DNA from: a bacterium | GTDB lineage: Bacteria; CLD3; SB21 | Length of the DNA: 64,000 bases | Direction of reading: 5' to 3' | NCBI GenBank assembly: GCA_019695335.1 | Contig: JAIBAF010000003.1 | Coordinates: 51,307 to 115,306, forward strand | Shown here: piece after piece, positions 41,670 through 51,057 of the stretch | Numbering within the stretch: the stretch's first letter is position 1 | Layout of the letters: each line of letters begins with the position of its first letter | The notes under the pieces: model-generated | Databases searched by the model: none | What the model saw: only the letters and a program-made list of their open reading frames with translations | Told to the model about the DNA's origin: nothing | Program-made: the position numbers and the translations under genes

Positions 41670-44273
41670 TTGCCAGGCGCAACTTCACAACAAATTCGTT
41701 CTGATTTTATCAAATTTTTTGAAAAACATGGGCACAAATTCGTAACGTCCAGTTCCGTTGTACCATTAGATGATCCGACCTTATTATTTACCAATGCCGG
41801 AATGAATCAGTTTAAGCCGATTTTTCTCGGTTCTACAAAATCCGACTATACGCGTGCGGTTAATTCACAAAAATGTATTCGTGTCAGTGGAAAACATAAT
41901 GACTTGGAAGAAGTTGGCCACGATACGTATCACCACACTTTTTTTGAGATGCTGGGTAATTGGTCATTCGGAGACTATTATAAAAAAGAAGCGATTACTT
42001 GGGCGTGGGAACTTTTTACTAAAGAGTGGGGATTACCCAAAGAGCGGCTCTATGCAACCGTTTACAAGGATGATACGGAAGCGGAAGAGCTTTGGAAACA
42101 GGTAACCGATATCAATCCATCCCATGTGATGCGGTTTGGCGAAAAGGATAATTTCTGGGAAATGGGTGAAACCGGGCCGTGCGGCCCATGCTCGGAAATT
42201 CATATTGATCTTACTCCGAATGGAGATGGCGGTAGACTAGTGAATGCCGGCTCATCGGATGTCATCGAATTATGGAACTTGGTCTTTATACAATACAACC
42301 GTAATGCCGATCGTAGCTTGACACCATTACCATCGAAGCATGTAGATACAGGCGCCGGATTTGAGCGCGTAGTGCGAGTTCTGCAGAATAAACAGTCCAA
42401 CTATGATATTGACATATTTACCGATATCATTCACGGCATTGAATCACGCACTAAAAAATCGTACGAGACAGCCGTTACACAGCCGTCGTTTCGCGTTATT
42501 GCTGATCATCTTAGAATGTTGACTTTTTCAATTACGGATGGCGCCGTACCGGGCAATGATGGACGCGGATATGTATTACGTCGAATTCTGCGACGCGCTT
42601 CGATGTACGGACGCAAATTGGATATGCGCGAACCTTTTATACATGATCTTGTAAAATACGTCGTACAATCAATGGGCGATGCTTTTCCGGAAATTAAATC
42701 CCGCCAATCCTTTGTAGAAAAAGTAATTAAAACTGAAGAAGAAAATTTTAATCGTACACTGGATAGAGGAATCGAAGTTTTCGAAGATGTTGTCCGGCAG
42801 GTGGAGAAAAAAGGCTTCAAAATGATTGCGGGCGACGATGTATTTAAATTATATGATACTTACGGCTTTCCATTCGATTTAACACGCGTCATGGCTGCGG
42901 AAAGAGGATTAAGCGTTGATGAAAATCAGTTTACCGAAGCAATGACGAAACAAAAAGAACGTTCACGCGAGGAAGGCAAAAAGAAATTCGTTGCAGCCGA
43001 CATTAAATGGAAACAAGTCAATCAGGATGTTAAAACTAAATTCCTTGGTTACGATACATTGGCTTCAGAAGCACACCTGATCAAGTACCATCGCGATGGA
43101 CATCAATTACAATTAATATTAGATCAGACGCCGTTTTATGCAGAATCGGGAGGACAAGTTGGAGACAAAGGCGTGATTGAATTCAATGGCACAAAATTGG
43201 AAGTGTGGGATACTCAAAAAATAAACGATGTGACTATTCATTTCGTTGATGATCCGGAAGATTTGAACATTGAAAATTATTCGGCTGTACAGTTAAAAGT
43301 ATTACCAGAGCACAGGAATCCTACGATCAAAAACCATTCGGCGACGCATCTTTTACACGCAGCGTTGCGCTCTGTATTGGGAGATCATGTGCACCAAGCC
43401 GGAAGCGTTGTCGAACCTAGCCGCTTGCGGTTTGACTTTTCACATTTTGAAAAGCTTTCGGTCGAACAAATCGAGCAGATTGAGCGAATTGTTAATCAAA
43501 AAATTCGTGAAAACATCCCGTTACAGCATCATCGGAATATTCCGATTAGTCAAGCCAAACAAATGGGAGCGTTATCATTTTTCGGCGATAAATATGGCGA
43601 ATGGGTTAATGTCGTACAATTTGGGGAATTTAGTAAAGAATTCTGTGGTGGAACCCATGTGCCATCAACCGGTTTTATAGGCTTTTTCAAAATAATATCC
43701 GAATCAAGTATTGCATCGGGAGTACGCCGAATTGAGGCGGTGACCGGAGAATTAGCAGAAAAAATGATCCATGAGGCTTTAGAAATTTCTGACAAATTGC
43801 AAGCTTTACTGACCTGTAAATCGAATGAGATTATTGATCGCGTAGGCCATTTGATTACCGAACGAAAAAATCTTGAAAAAGAATTAGGACAAGTGAATCT
43901 AAAAATAGCGGCATTGGAGATCGATACTTTGATCAAAAATGCACGCGAAATCAACGGTTTCAAAGTCGTCTCAGAGAAAGTCGATTTGCCGCAAGGGGTT
44001 GAACTTAAATCGATGGGAGACAGTCTTCGTGAAAAACTGAAATCCGGCGTGGGGGTTCTAGCCGCATCAAACAACGGAAATATTGCTTTCGTGTGTGTAG
44101 TTACTGACGATCTGATCAAATCGAAAAATTTGAACGCCGGTAACTTAATCAAAGAAATTGCCAAAATAGCCGGTGGAAGCGGCGGGGGACGTCCACATCT
44201 GGCAACGGCCGGAGGAAAAGAAGTCGATAAGCTGAAAGAAGCTTTGAATAAATTATTTGAGCTAGTGAAATAG
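41670..44273 (+). CDS. alaS: Alanine--tRNA ligase
   Basis: 867 aa. 'FTNAGMNQFKP', a class II core, an editing-domain 'HSATHLLH', and a C-terminal DHHA1-like region. The start is TTG with GGAG upstream. Confidence 0.93.
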   Translation: MPGATSQQIRSDFIKFFEKHGHKFVTSSSVVPLDDPTLLFTNAGMNQFKPIFLGSTKSDYTRAVNSQKCIRVSGKHNDLEEVGHDTYHHTFFEMLGNWSFGDYYKKEAITWAWELFTKEWGLPKERLYATVYKDDTEAEELWKQVTDINPSHVMRFGEKDNFWEMGETGPCGPCSEIHIDLTPNGDGGRLVNAGSSDVIELWNLVFIQYNRNADRSLTPLPSKHVDTGAGFERVVRVLQNKQSNYDIDIFTDIIHGIESRTKKSYETAVTQPSFRVIADHLRMLTFSITDGAVPGNDGRGYVLRRILRRASMYGRKLDMREPFIHDLVKYVVQSMGDAFPEIKSRQSFVEKVIKTEEENFNRTLDRGIEVFEDVVRQVEKKGFKMIAGDDVFKLYDTYGFPFDLTRVMAAERGLSVDENQFTEAMTKQKERSREEGKKKFVAADIKWKQVNQDVKTKFLGYDTLASEAHLIKYHRDGHQLQLILDQTPFYAESGGQVGDKGVIEFNGTKLEVWDTQKINDVTIHFVDDPEDLNIENYSAVQLKVLPEHRNPTIKNHSATHLLHAALRSVLGDHVHQAGSVVEPSRLRFDFSHFEKLSVEQIEQIERIVNQKIRENIPLQHHRNIPISQAKQMGALSFFGDKYGEWVNVVQFGEFSKEFCGGTHVPSTGFIGFFKIISESSIASGVRRIEAVTGELAEKMIHEALEISDKLQALLTCKSNEIIDRVGHLITERKNLEKELGQVNLKIAALEIDTLIKNAREINGFKVVSEKVDLPQGVELKSMGDSLREKLKSGVGVLAASNNGNIAFVCVVTDDLIKSKNLNAGNLIKEIAKIAGGSGGGRPHLATAGGKEVDKLKEALNKLFELVK

Positions 44274-44290
44274 TTACTGAAACAATTATT

Positions 44291-45787
44291 ATGAAAACTA
44301 AAAAAAATAAAATCGAAAAAACAAAAGCCCACACGACAAAAGATTCAGCTGTTGTAAAAATCTCTTCAAAAGGTCGCGTAAAAAAACTCATAACCAAGAA
44401 AAATACTGTTGCTAGACAGCAAGAACCCATTCATGCTGTTCCTGAATCTAACCTTATGATTAGTGTTTCAGGAATCCGCGGAATTGTCGGCGAAGGCCTC
44501 ACTCCCGAAATAATAACAAAGTATGCTTCGGCGTTTGGAACATGGGCAAACGGCGGAAAAATTGTAATCGGTCGTGATTCACGGGTCAGTGGCGAAATGG
44601 TACGCATGGCGGTCGTCGCCGGATTATTGGCAACCGGTTGCCGTGTTATCGATATCGGAATTGTTTCAACGCCTACCACTGAAATTGCCGTAAAAAACCT
44701 TAAAGCTTATGGTGGAATTGCTATTACAGCCAGTCATAATCCGGTAAACTGGAACGCCTTAAAACTGATCGGTCCTAAAGGACTCTTCCTCGATCAAGCT
44801 CAGGGCAATGAAGTTATTGAATTGGCTTTGAAAGAGAATATACTGTATCAACATTGGGACCGGCTTGGAAAAATTGAATATTATGATTACGCGATTCAAA
44901 ATCATATCGATCAAATACTTGAACTGGAGTATTTAAATGTCACACAGATAAAAGATCGCAAATTTAAAGTTGCCGTTGATTGCGTCAATGGAGCCGGTGG
45001 AATTTTTATTCCTAAACTTCTGCAGGAACTGGGATGCGATGTTGTAATTTTAAATGAAGAGCCACACGGAATTTTTCCAAGAAACCCGGAACCGGTCGTC
45101 GAAAATCTCGGCCAATTATCCAATGCTGTTCTTGAGTTCAAAGCGGATATAGGATTGGCCGTCGATCCTGATGTTGACCGGCTGGCAATTGTAGATGAAA
45201 ATGGTCAGCCTATCGGAGAGGAATATACATTGGCATTAGCAACCGATTTTATATTGTCGAAACAATCCGGTTCTGTAGTTATCAATGCTTCCACTAGCAT
45301 GGTCATTGATGATATCGCACAAAAATATGGTAGTACCGTATTTCGTACTAAAATTGGCGAGATCAATGTTTCTACTAAAATGCAAGAAAAGAATGCCGTC
45401 ATCGGAGGAGAAGGCAATGGAGGGGTTATTTTGCCCGAAATCCATTTCGGACGTGACGCGGCAACGGGAATTGCTCTCATATTACAGCATCTCTGTTCCA
45501 CAGGAAAAAAAGTTAGTGAACTGAAGCAAACATTACCTCAGTACGCAATGATCAAAACAAAAATTGAATTAAGTAAAGTTAACGCTGACGAAGTTTTGCA
45601 GCGAATTACGCATAAAAATAATGCTCAAAAAGTAGATAAAACTGACGGAGTCAAACTGATTTACGACCATTCATGGATTCATTTTAGAAAATCGAATACT
45701 GAGCCCATCCTTCGAACGATTGTAGAGGCACGTACGCCGCAAGAAGCCGAAGCGCTATTGTCGTCGTTTACCTCATTTTTTAAATAA
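44291..45787 (+). CDS. Phosphoglucomutase/phosphomannomutase-family enzyme (GlmM-like). It may start at M 44456 if the 55-aa Lys-rich N-terminal extension is not translated.
   Basis: 'SGIRGIVG', the phosphoserine loop 'TASHNP', and 'GGEGNGG'. The N-terminus 'MKTKKNKIEKTKAHTTKD...' is lysine-rich. Confidence 0.8.
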   Translation: MKTKKNKIEKTKAHTTKDSAVVKISSKGRVKKLITKKNTVARQQEPIHAVPESNLMISVSGIRGIVGEGLTPEIITKYASAFGTWANGGKIVIGRDSRVSGEMVRMAVVAGLLATGCRVIDIGIVSTPTTEIAVKNLKAYGGIAITASHNPVNWNALKLIGPKGLFLDQAQGNEVIELALKENILYQHWDRLGKIEYYDYAIQNHIDQILELEYLNVTQIKDRKFKVAVDCVNGAGGIFIPKLLQELGCDVVILNEEPHGIFPRNPEPVVENLGQLSNAVLEFKADIGLAVDPDVDRLAIVDENGQPIGEEYTLALATDFILSKQSGSVVINASTSMVIDDIAQKYGSTVFRTKIGEINVSTKMQEKNAVIGGEGNGGVILPEIHFGRDAATGIALILQHLCSTGKKVSELKQTLPQYAMIKTKIELSKVNADEVLQRITHKNNAQKVDKTDGVKLIYDHSWIHFRKSNTEPILRTIVEARTPQEAEALLSSFTSFFK

Positions 45788-45836
45788 TGATACATGCGCG
45801 TTCTCAATAAAACTTAAGTGAGAGGAGTGCAGCCTT

Positions 45837-46982
45837 ATGAGAATGGTGTTATTATCTCTTGTAATTGCGGGAAGCCTTTTGGCTCAAAAACCCGATTGGG
45901 TAAACAACCCCGGTACATTTGCCGCTGAAAATTTCGTAGCCGTAGGTGTTGCAAAAAATGATAAACTCGATAAAGCAAAAGAAAAAGCCGAAAGCAAAGC
46001 GATGAAGGGCATTGAAAAAATGCTCAAAAATAAATACAAAAACAAAGACATCAAACCGGCCTTAGCCTCTATGCGTATTCATGCAACGTGGCAGGATCCA
46101 GCGACAAAATATTTTTATGCTTTAGCTCTATTACCAATTGAAGCCATTGACAAAGATTATGCCGGACAGAAAAAATTAGATAAAGCAAAATCCAGCGCCA
46201 TGAGCGCAACCAAAATGCTCATGGGAATGACGAATGATCCGGATGTCGTAATCATCAAAGCCGAAGAAGGTAACGATGAAATAGCCGAATCTTCGGATAA
46301 TGACGAAGAATCCGGTGTCGAGACAAAATCCGAAGAACAAAACGAAGACCAAGCGGTTCAAACCGAAAGTAAGAGCGAGAAAAAGGAAATGATGACGACC
46401 GTTTCAGGCAATGGAAACCAGACAGATTTTAAAAATAAATCTCTTGGCAACTTTAAATGGATTGATCAAGACGGTAACTCGAAGAGTTCGTTCTTAGGAG
46501 AAAACTTGACCGCGACAGTTGCCGGTTACGAAAATTTCAAACCTGAAGAGGGTAATAAAAAAGCTCCACGTTTAGAGTATCCTAATGTAACAGGAGATTT
46601 TTCCATTGAAACTAAATTCCGTTATGATTGGGCTAAATACTATAGTTTTGGTGTGGGTTTATATGCATTGAACGGCAAGCAATATGTGAGAACGTATGTT
46701 GAATACCACGGCGAATATGTTTATTTAAACGGTTATGCTAACGATATTACTTTACCGCAAACCGAAAAAAGAATTGAACATTTAAAAACGCCGGTCTATT
46801 TTAAATTAGAACGAAAAGGTTATACATTTACGGCATATTACAGCACAATAGACGGAGATTGGATTGAAATAGCGAACGTGGAAACTGAATTTCCTGAAAC
46901 GGCCGGTGTTGGAATATTTTTTATGAATGATGACAACGATACGGCCCAGTGCAAAGTTGAATATGTCAAGTTAAAACAATAA
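45837..46982 (+). CDS. Hypothetical secreted protein: LPP20-like N-terminal region, acidic low-complexity linker, C-terminal beta-sandwich-like domain
   Basis: Signal peptide 'MRMVLLSLVIAGSLLAQ'. The acidic stretch is 'EEGNDEIAESSDNDEESGVETKSEEQNEDQ'. No catalytic motif was recognised. Confidence 0.6.
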   Translation: MRMVLLSLVIAGSLLAQKPDWVNNPGTFAAENFVAVGVAKNDKLDKAKEKAESKAMKGIEKMLKNKYKNKDIKPALASMRIHATWQDPATKYFYALALLPIEAIDKDYAGQKKLDKAKSSAMSATKMLMGMTNDPDVVIIKAEEGNDEIAESSDNDEESGVETKSEEQNEDQAVQTESKSEKKEMMTTVSGNGNQTDFKNKSLGNFKWIDQDGNSKSSFLGENLTATVAGYENFKPEEGNKKAPRLEYPNVTGDFSIETKFRYDWAKYYSFGVGLYALNGKQYVRTYVEYHGEYVYLNGYANDITLPQTEKRIEHLKTPVYFKLERKGYTFTAYYSTIDGDWIEIANVETEFPETAGVGIFFMNDDNDTAQCKVEYVKLKQ

Positions 46983-47004
46983 GTCATAAAATAATTTCAA
47001 ATAA

Positions 47005-47036
47005 AAAGCGAGTCTATAGCTCGCTTTTTATTTTTT
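47005..47036 (+). terminator. Rho-independent terminator
   Basis: aaagcgag(47005-47012) and ctcgcttt(47020-47027) form the stem, with a 7-nt loop, followed by ttattttttcc. Confidence 0.7.
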
Positions 47037-47092
47037 CCTTAAGTTAGCTATACTACACTATAAATTTCACCTTTAACAAAATTGATAACTAT

Positions 47093-47839
47093 ATGAAATT
47101 AAAATATCCCAATTATCCTGTTGCGCTTGTAACGGGCTCGGGAAGGCGATTAGGAAGGAAAATAGCCGTTGCCTTAGCTAAAAATGGATTCGATATCGTT
47201 ATTAATTATAATTCAGCCGATAGTGGTGCTAAGAAGGCCGTTGATGAAATTCATTCTCTCGGTCGTAAATGTATTTGTATTAAAGCGGATGTCTCAAAAA
47301 AGCTGCAGGTTCAAAAAATGTTTCGGTCATTATATACAAAATTTGGGCGTTTAGATTTGTTGGTCAATAATGCAGCAATCTTCCCTAAAGCCTTTGTGTT
47401 GGAGAAAACGCCTGAAGAAGTATGGGACCAAGTTATCGATATCAATTTGAAAGGTACCTTTTTGTGCGCGCAAGAAGCTGCGAAAATCATGCTTAAACAG
47501 AAATCCGGCCATATCATTAATTTAGCATCATTGGGAGGATACTTAGCGTGGACCCAGCATATTCCTTATAACGTGTCCAAAGCGGGAGTGATCATGTTGA
47601 CTAAATCCATGGCCAAAGCGCTTGCACCTGATATCCGCGTCAATGCTGTAGCTCCAGGTACGATTATTATTCCAAATGAGGAAACCGGTATCGATCATCA
47701 GCCTTCCATTGAACGAATACCACTTAAAAAATATGGCAAACCGTCCGATATTACCGACATGATTATTTTTCTCGCACATTCATCTGATTATATAACCGGT
47801 CAAGTCTTTTCTATCGATGGGGGAGTTACGGTTTTATAA
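47093..47839 (+). CDS. SDR-family NAD(P)-dependent oxidoreductase
   Basis: Rossmann 'VTGSGRRLGRKIA', 'NNAA', and the catalytic 'Y...K' region 'YNVSKAG'. Confidence 0.85.
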   Translation: MKLKYPNYPVALVTGSGRRLGRKIAVALAKNGFDIVINYNSADSGAKKAVDEIHSLGRKCICIKADVSKKLQVQKMFRSLYTKFGRLDLLVNNAAIFPKAFVLEKTPEEVWDQVIDINLKGTFLCAQEAAKIMLKQKSGHIINLASLGGYLAWTQHIPYNVSKAGVIMLTKSMAKALAPDIRVNAVAPGTIIIPNEETGIDHQPSIERIPLKKYGKPSDITDMIIFLAHSSDYITGQVFSIDGGVTVL

Positions 47840-47893
47840 TCTGCACCTCTGCCAATCTGCCGGAATTCTTAGATAACTTAGAACCAAAACAAA

Positions 47894-47925
47894 AAAGCAT
47901 CGCTGAAAAACGATGCTTTAATATT
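47894..47925. terminator. Bidirectional rho-independent terminator between the SDR gene and tRNA-Thr
   Basis: aaagcatcg(47894-47902) pairs with cgatgcttt(47911-47919). It is flanked by an A-tract upstream and aatattt downstream. Confidence 0.6.
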
Positions 47926-47933
47926 TAAAAGTG

Positions 47934-48005
47934 AGCCACAAGCGGGATTTGAACCTGCGACCTGCTGTTTACGAAACAGCTGCTCTACCGCTGAGCTATT
48001 GTGGC
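47934..48005 (-). tRNA. tRNA-Thr (anticodon CGU)
   Basis: Reverse complement: GCCACAA-TA-GCTC-AGCGGTA-GAGC-A-GCTGT-TTCGTAA-ACAGC-AGGTC-GCAGG-TTCAAAT-CCCGC-TTGTGGC-T. It folds as a cloverleaf with a 7-nt anticodon loop UUCGUAA, GTTC in the T-loop, and one A-C mismatch in the T-stem. CCA is not encoded. Confidence 0.8.
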
Positions 48006-48175
48006 GATATTCGTGTTCTTAAAAATGCGGGTCAAATATAGACGAATCGAAATGAAAAATCAAATATTTTTTGTCAATTGTTCTAAGTCCTGTTTGGCTT
48101 GCATATCAGTAATGAGTTATCTATATTTTTTTGCATATCAAAATTATCCAATACTATTTTTTTCTTCAGTCAGCC

Positions 48176-48547
48176 ATGCAGATCGATGACCGATACAGAA
48201 CCGGGGTTTTATTACAAAAAGCCGATGAAACCCTAGGTCATGCGGAATTACATATTCAGGCAGAACGCTTTGAGGATGCAATTCTAAGTTGCTACCATAG
48301 CGTTTTTTTTACATTGCGTGCTTTTCTGAAAAAAAATCATACTGAACCCGAAAAAACGTCCGATTCAATCCTGATTTTCAAACAGAACTACATCGATAAT
48401 AACATCATTCCGATACGCTATTATGAACTACTACTTACTATCGTAAAAAAAATTCAAACTGACAATGACGTGGCTGACGTGCATGATGCTCAAAAAATTT
48501 TTAACGATTCGGAATCTTTTTACAATTACATTACCGATAAAATATGA
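48176..48547 (+). CDS. Small HEPN-like helical protein (alternative start 48131)
   Basis: 123 aa. 'ADETLGHAELHIQAERFEDAILSCYHSVFFTLRAFLKKNHTEPEKTSDSILIF' resembles the HEPN (PF05168-type) two-helix core. No nucleotidyltransferase partner is adjacent. Confidence 0.45.
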   Translation: MQIDDRYRTGVLLQKADETLGHAELHIQAERFEDAILSCYHSVFFTLRAFLKKNHTEPEKTSDSILIFKQNYIDNNIIPIRYYELLLTIVKKIQTDNDVADVHDAQKIFNDSESFYNYITDKI

Positions 48548-48559
48548 GGATACTGTTGT

Positions 48560-49564
48560 ATGAGCAAAAAATTGAAAATTGGAGTTTTGAGAGGAATGGA
48601 GACTACGTTTCCGGATGCGTTGGTTGCCAATATTAACAAAATAGCTGCGGAAAAAAAATTAAATATCGAAGCGGACTTTATCATGCTGAGCGGAACTAAG
48701 ATGGCTGAACCAACCGGCTATAAACTAATCATCGATCGAATTTCTCACGAAGTAGCTTATTATCGCGCATTCTTGAAAAATGCGATGCTCAATGGTACCG
48801 AAGTCATCAATAATCCATTTTGGTGGTCAGCGGATGATAAATTTTTTAATTATTCCCTGGCTGAAAAAATGGGAATTCCTGTCCCCAAGACAGTCATATT
48901 GCCGCATCATTCACATCCGCCTAATACGACGGATCAATCGTTTCGTAATTTAGTTTACCCGCTGCCGTGGGATCAATTGTTTGAATACGTTGGTTTTCCG
49001 GCTTTTCTAAAACCCTTTGATGGCGGTGGTTGGAGACACGTTTATAAAGTAACTTCACCCAAAGACTTTTTTGAAAAATACGACTTGACTGAAAGTCTGT
49101 GCATGGTGTTACAAGAAGGAATAGAATTCGAAGAATATTATCGTTGCTACTGTATCGGAAAAAAAGATGTCCGAATTATGCAATATGATCCCGGCGCCGA
49201 ACCTCATGAACGCTACGTAAAAAATCCAAAACCATTGGCTCCAAAGATGGAGAAACAAATTACTCAATTTTGCATTGATTTGTGCAAAGCCCTTGGATAT
49301 GATATAAATACCCTTGAATTTGCTGTCCGGAATGGAGTCCCTTACGCCATTGACTATATGAATCCTGCCCCAGATTGTGATTATCATTCGGTTACACCGC
49401 CTAATTTTGAGTGGGTACTAAGCAAAGTCACAGCAATGGCCATAGAAAGAGTATTAGACAAAAGCAGGGAAGTCAATCAGTATCGCTGGTCTGAATTTCT
49501 TAAAGGATTGGATCATTCGACGCCTTCAAAGACGTCCAAAGTAAAAAAGAAATCAAAAGCATGA
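48560..49564 (+). CDS. ATP-grasp amidoligase (RimK/GshB-like fold)
   Basis: 'FPAFLKPFDGGGWRHVYKV' (phosphate-binding loop), 'MVLQEGIEFEEYYRCYCIG', and 'GYDINTLEFAVRNGVPYAIDYMNPAPD'. A 12-nt gap separates it from the HEPN-like ORF, and a 4-nt overlap joins it to the next gene. Confidence 0.65.
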   Translation: MSKKLKIGVLRGMETTFPDALVANINKIAAEKKLNIEADFIMLSGTKMAEPTGYKLIIDRISHEVAYYRAFLKNAMLNGTEVINNPFWWSADDKFFNYSLAEKMGIPVPKTVILPHHSHPPNTTDQSFRNLVYPLPWDQLFEYVGFPAFLKPFDGGGWRHVYKVTSPKDFFEKYDLTESLCMVLQEGIEFEEYYRCYCIGKKDVRIMQYDPGAEPHERYVKNPKPLAPKMEKQITQFCIDLCKALGYDINTLEFAVRNGVPYAIDYMNPAPDCDYHSVTPPNFEWVLSKVTAMAIERVLDKSREVNQYRWSEFLKGLDHSTPSKTSKVKKKSKA

Positions 49565-51057
49565 CCACCAATATCCCTGAAGCAATCCGTTTTTATAATA
49601 GCAGTTTAGAGACGTACGCGCAATCCATTCCGGAAATTTATCAACAGTTTTCCAAAGATTGTGAAAAGAGAAAATTGACTTTCGGTGGTCGTTCCATGTT
49701 CAATTTTTTACGGCCGAACTTTGTCAGCATCGAGCAATACCAGTATATTCGTCACGTTTGCAAGATACTGAGAAATGCCGTTACTAAATTCAAGCAAGCC
49801 GCTCTCTCTGATGAAAAATATTTGCGTCAAGCAGGATTGATCGATAAAGAACGATCGTTGGTTATGATCCACCCCGGATATGATCGGCTCTCTATAACGG
49901 CACGATGGGATTCTTTTTTGAGTGATGAAGAGTTTTGTTTTGTCGAATTGAACGCGGAATGTCCTGCGGGGATTGCTTATTCTGAAATTGCAGCCGATGT
50001 TTATAGCCGGTTGCCATTTGTCCAAGATTTTAAGAAACGCTTCAGGGTACATAAATTCAAAATCCGACAGACATTACTTGACGGGCTATTAAAAACCTAT
50101 AACGAATATCGCGGAAATAATAAATCTAAAAAACCGACTATAGCGATCGTCGATTGGAGAGAAGTACCGACTTATACTGAGTTTGAACTATTCAAAGAAT
50201 TTTTTGAAAGTAAAGGCTTGAACTGTGTTATCGCCGATCCAAGGGATTTAGAGTATTCAAATGGTCGATTGAAACACAACGGCACTGCCATTGATTTGGT
50301 GTATAAACGAATTCTTACCAATGATTGTGTTGAAAAGCCCGATGAAACCAAGGCATTGGTCGATGCCTATCGTAATCACGATGTTTGTATGATTAATCCA
50401 TTTCGTGCAAAACTTGTCCACAAGAAATCTTTATTTGCAGTCTTGACTCATGAACAAAATCGGAACTTATTTAATTCTGATGAACTTTCTGTTATTGCTA
50501 AACATATACCTTGGACGCGATTGATTTGTAATGAGAATACGATTTTCAATGGGAGAAAAATTGATTTAGTGAATTACATCTCTATTAACAAAAATCAATT
50601 TGTGATTAAACCTAATGACGAATATGGTGGAAAAGGGGTATATCTCGGAAAAGAAACGAATGAAACTGAGTGGAATCAAATTATCAATGACGCAGTAAAT
50701 GGCGAACCTTATGTGGTTCAAGAAATAGTAAAAATTCCCCGAGCTGCATTCCCAATTGTTGACAACCATTCTATCAAGTACGTCAATATGGTTGTAGACT
50801 TGGATCCGTATGTGTTTGGATCAAAAACTGAAGGTCTTTTGACTCGTTTATCTTCCTCATCTTTAGCGAATGTAACAGCCGGTGGTGGAACTACTCCCAC
50901 ATTTGTGATTGAAAGAATAGCAACAAAAAAATCTCGAATCAGCGCTAAAGTAACACTTAAAACCAAATCATCTAACAAAATTAAAAATAAAGTATTTAAA
51001 CGCTCTAAAAACAAAAAAGTATCAAATCGTAAAAAAGGGAAACGCAATGCCCGATAA
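49561..51057 (+). CDS. Glutathionylspermidine-synthase-like / circularly-permuted ATP-grasp-family amidoligase with a polybasic C-terminal tail
   Basis: 498 aa. 'FVIKPNDEYGGKGVYLG' and 'EPYVVQEIVKIP' are ATP-grasp-type motifs in a ~450-aa core. The last ~45 aa are 'KKSRISAKVTLKTKSSNKIKNKVFKRSKNKKVSNRKKGKRNAR'. It overlaps the next gene by 11 nt. Confidence 0.5.
   Translation: MTTNIPEAIRFYNSSLETYAQSIPEIYQQFSKDCEKRKLTFGGRSMFNFLRPNFVSIEQYQYIRHVCKILRNAVTKFKQAALSDEKYLRQAGLIDKERSLVMIHPGYDRLSITARWDSFLSDEEFCFVELNAECPAGIAYSEIAADVYSRLPFVQDFKKRFRVHKFKIRQTLLDGLLKTYNEYRGNNKSKKPTIAIVDWREVPTYTEFELFKEFFESKGLNCVIADPRDLEYSNGRLKHNGTAIDLVYKRILTNDCVEKPDETKALVDAYRNHDVCMINPFRAKLVHKKSLFAVLTHEQNRNLFNSDELSVIAKHIPWTRLICNENTIFNGRKIDLVNYISINKNQFVIKPNDEYGGKGVYLGKETNETEWNQIINDAVNGEPYVVQEIVKIPRAAFPIVDNHSIKYVNMVVDLDPYVFGSKTEGLLTRLSSSSLANVTAGGGTTPTFVIERIATKKSRISAKVTLKTKSSNKIKNKVFKRSKNKKVSNRKKGKRNAR

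Noticed and set aside
43550-44332. 260-aa minus-strand ORF antisense to the alaS 3' region
   Set aside because: It lies entirely within the conserved AlaS C-terminal domain and has a low-complexity Phe/Ser-rich translation; it is a shadow ORF.
47840-48175. tRNA-Thr as a possible genomic-island integration site for the adjacent ligase cluster
   Set aside because: The ligase cluster is on the 5' side of the tRNA, whereas islands usually insert at the 3' end. No integrase, direct repeat of the tRNA 3' end, or transposase was seen, and the flanking genes are housekeeping.
48001-48189. 62-aa plus-strand ORF starting inside tRNA-Thr
   Set aside because: It begins within the tRNA gene, is hydrophobic and low-complexity, and is better explained as the promoter/5' UTR of the HEPN-ligase operon.
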